Of a stretch of DNA of 64,000 bases, positions 60,706-64,000 are shown one piece after another. A program made the position numbers and the translations under genes. The stretch comes from Botryllus schlosseri (lineage: Eukaryota). The stretch spans positions 41,046,001-41,110,000 of the forward strand of contig CM119371.1 in the NCBI GenBank assembly GCA_051294905.1. The letters run 5' to 3'. Within the stretch, counting starts at the first letter, position 1, and every line of letters begins with the position of its first letter. The notes beneath the pieces are model-generated. The model was not told where the DNA came from. It saw only the letters and a program-made list of their open reading frames with translations, and did not search any database.

Positions 60706-62119
60706 CACTGGTTAACACATATTTTTAGGCAGAGAAAATAAGAGTGGTTTTGGGCGTTCTGAAGGTCACTGATTCCGAATATGACCTTGGTTCTTCAAAT
60801 TGGCTCTTGTTGTGGAGATAATCCATATGGCTATTTTGACCAAAATCTCCCATTTTAGCAGTAATGACTTGATATAAATTCGGCTCAGTAATAGGCCTAC
60901 TATAAAGTTTAGAAATTTCATCTACCTGTTATTTTTACACACAGAAGACTCTTTTAAATCAAAATACAGCAACAGGACTATATTTAAGGGATAGATTTAT
61001 CATAGTTACAGACTTTCACTTATATCATGTAGGCCTATATATCATGTTAATGAACTCCAGTGATGTATGTAAATATTTACCTTGATACTTGAATAACGAG
61101 GCATAAATTCAATCAGTTTTACGTCAACCGCCTATTGTAAATTTGAAATAATCAATTGGAATATAATATTATTCATTTATTTTGTAGCACAATTGTTTTT
61201 TTGTGCGATTTTCGCCTGTAAGCTATTAAGTGCAGTCTCTCAAAAGGTTCCAGCAATGGTCTGCCATAATATGTTCAATTCTTCATCTCATCTGCCCTGA
61301 TATATTTCATTTGTTGTTCTGATGTCTTGATAGAACCTCTCCCCTTGTTAATCAACAAGATTATCAGGAAAGATATCAATATGACTGAACAGTATGTGAA
61401 CTTTTATGCTCATGCTTGTGCTGAAGTTTTCGATATGCAGATACGAATTTTCGGACCAACTGTTTGTAGTTGGGTGCTTTTGTGATCACCTAAAAAGTTT
61501 CATTTACTACGTGTTAGGAGAAATTACATGCAGTGAACTCCTTCCTAATCTGAAAATTGAAATCGTTCATCACTATTCGAATATACCAGATACCAGATTT
61601 AAGCTTCTCGTTTGATAGGGTTACTAGGTATACCCACTTTGTTGACTCAGCAGAAAATTATCATTTACCAGTCAAAAGAAATAGGCGCATATGAGCATTG
61701 TAGTTAAGCTTTTCCTGGACGAATTTTATACTCATCTTGAATCTTGGTAGAACAACCAATTGATACAGGACAATATTTATTTCCATTGAGCAAAAGTACA
61801 TTCTTTAGGCTACACAAACTGCTTTTCTGACAAACAAATATTTCACACCATGTCATATAAATATTGATAGAATGACTGAGAACAACATGAGGGTTCTTCA
61901 TAGTAAATTATCTATTTATGTGCTGTATAAAATTGAGAAAAACTACGATTTTCTTCTTACCAAGTTAAATATTTAGGGGTGAATATAGTAAATTTGGGCG
62001 TTTTTAGGGTATAAATATCTTCTGACAAAGAGCCAATCTGACCAAACTAATGTGATATTCGTAATCAGCAACCTCCAACACCCCAGAAACGGCTCTTATT
62101 TTCATTTTGTTGACCAGTG
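60706..62119 (-). mobile_element. Chapaev3 (CMC) transposon deletion derivative with decayed transposase
   Basis: TIR CACTGGT(T/C)AACA, TAA TSD. Remnants SS..SLKNVLLLNGNKY, EKLNYNAH, QQSGYT, EKLKSGI, MSIKVHILFSHIDIFPDNL, QGERFYQDI, MADHCW on - at about 61245-61850. Confidence 0.88.
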
Positions 62120-64000
62120 TAATTATTACGGGGGCATGAAATTTTTCACTACCATCAAGGGTCTGAAAAGTTTGAGAACCACCAATTTTAAATGGTTGGT
62201 TGGCTTAGCAAGTGTGTGGTGTCTTGACTATGGAAGATATGCTAAATTCAATGTATGATTCAGGAATGTTCCCCAACTGCATCGAACACATCTGTCGAAA
62301 TGACTTTAGAATTAGTTTGGGAAATATACATCTGCCTATTTGAAAGTTACCTTTGTTTATATTGGATACTTGAAGTATTATCGCATGGTATTCCTTGTTT
62401 TAGACCTCTCTAGCTCCCCTAACTTACATAACATTCTTTAATTGAAATAATCAAATCTGACTTACTCCAGGCCTAATTCTGCGTCTATGGATCTTGACGC
62501 AACCCACTTAACGTTTGGGCTGTACCTAGCCCTTGGTCACCATAAAGTGGCATGGTGTAAAATACACAATTTGTTGACAGTCATTTCTGTTCATGCGTTT
62601 GTTTCCATGAATAAAGCTGCCGCATAATCTTGAATAAACATTGAATTTGGCAGATATTTGTATTGACGCTCATTTCCTAAATACAGAAATACATGTAGAA
62701 AGTTACTTTTTGTGTAGCCTAGGTCTATATATGCTGTATGGACGACACTTTTGAATATGCATATATTGCATATGTGCTTTTATTTATTTAATTTTTAAAG
62801 TTCTTTAATGATGTGTTTAATGTCTCAAATGAAGGTGTGAAACGCTTTTCACTTTGTAATAAATTCCGACAGCCTCATATACTTCAAGTAGCTCATGTCC
62901 ATTTTATCGAAGTTTGAGATTCCTTTTTCAAATGGATAGAAAAATAGGATTTTGGTTACATTTTCGTGCCTTTTCTGCCATATCAATGTTTTTCAAACTA
63001 TTTCAACGGCAACCATGACGAAGATATGGCTGAAAGAAAATGAAATCTTGACATAAAGTTAATTTTCTCAAAATAAATAAAATTGACGTATGGTAGGCTA
63101 CTGTGATTCAACAGCGACAATTTGTTCTGGCGATTTAATTTGATATACTGTTTGAATCAGTGGTTCCCAAACTGTGTAGTAGGTACCACCAGTGGCACGC
63201 AGGAGCATCTCAAGTGGTAGGTGAATAAGTTCAGCTAACCAACAAATTTCTAAATTGAAAAATATGTAGGGCGAGATTTCTAATTTGTATTTTATCCAAG
63301 TACTGTTAGGCCTACCAAAACTGCATTTGTATGACTGAGGCAGGGAAGCTTCATGCCCGTGGTTACTTAAAATTGTCATTGTATGGTATTTACGGTGGCC
63401 AATTATTTAGATATTTATTGTTGGTGTGACCACCGTAAATACTATTTTATTCAAAACCAAATTTTTCGACGGCAATAACTCCGCTTCCACTGGTTGGAAT
63501 TGAGCCAAATTTGGTGAACATCGTTTCAATGGTAGAAAACCTAACAACTTCATGGGTGAACAGAAAATTATGAATATTTTGATTATTTTTCTATTGTGAA
63601 TAAAAAACTTTATTCTCCTGTAGCAATGCGGCTACTGGTTGGAATTGGACCAAATTTGGTGTGTAGCCTTTAATTATGTAACCTAACAAATTTATCATGT
63701 AGCCAGTACAATTTAAGAAGAAAAGTCATTTTTGAACACCCGTAATGTAGCCCACGCCCGTGGTTGAAACTATAATCAGGCGTGCAGCGATGAATGCCAT
63801 TGTGAAATCCCTGGGCAAGTCAGGAGAGAATCATACTCCCCCAAAAGCTGCAAAGCTTCTTTTAAAACAGGCTCTGTAATAACTTCTCTGAACAAATATA
63901 TCTATTCCCTGAAAAATGACTTGCGGTTTGCACGATATGCTGTGTTACGGACTGTTAAAGCAATCTTTGCCGCAATTGCAAAATATTCCATACCAGAAGA

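Overview
AT-rich eukaryotic (metazoan invertebrate) genomic DNA with GT-AG introns and dense DNA-transposon litter. It resembles an ascidian genome, but that is an impression, not something shown. Intact-looking genes: a 3-exon mitochondrial ribosomal protein S14 gene (-), an intronless glutaminyl cyclase with an N-terminal membrane anchor (-), and a + strand cluster of C2H2 zinc-finger genes and pseudogenes (33.7-54.9 kb) built from a repeated multi-gene cassette. Intergenic DNA is mostly non-autonomous hAT elements with 8-bp TSDs, often nested 3-4 deep, plus CACTA, Chapaev3 and pogo-type elements. Best finding: two unrelated families of minimal hammerhead ribozyme motifs of the Penelope-like retroelement type. 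One family has 7 copies, including a perfect 101-bp-arm palindrome. Weaker signal: scattered, decayed class A GPCR-like coding relics. All calls were made by eye; no database searches were run.
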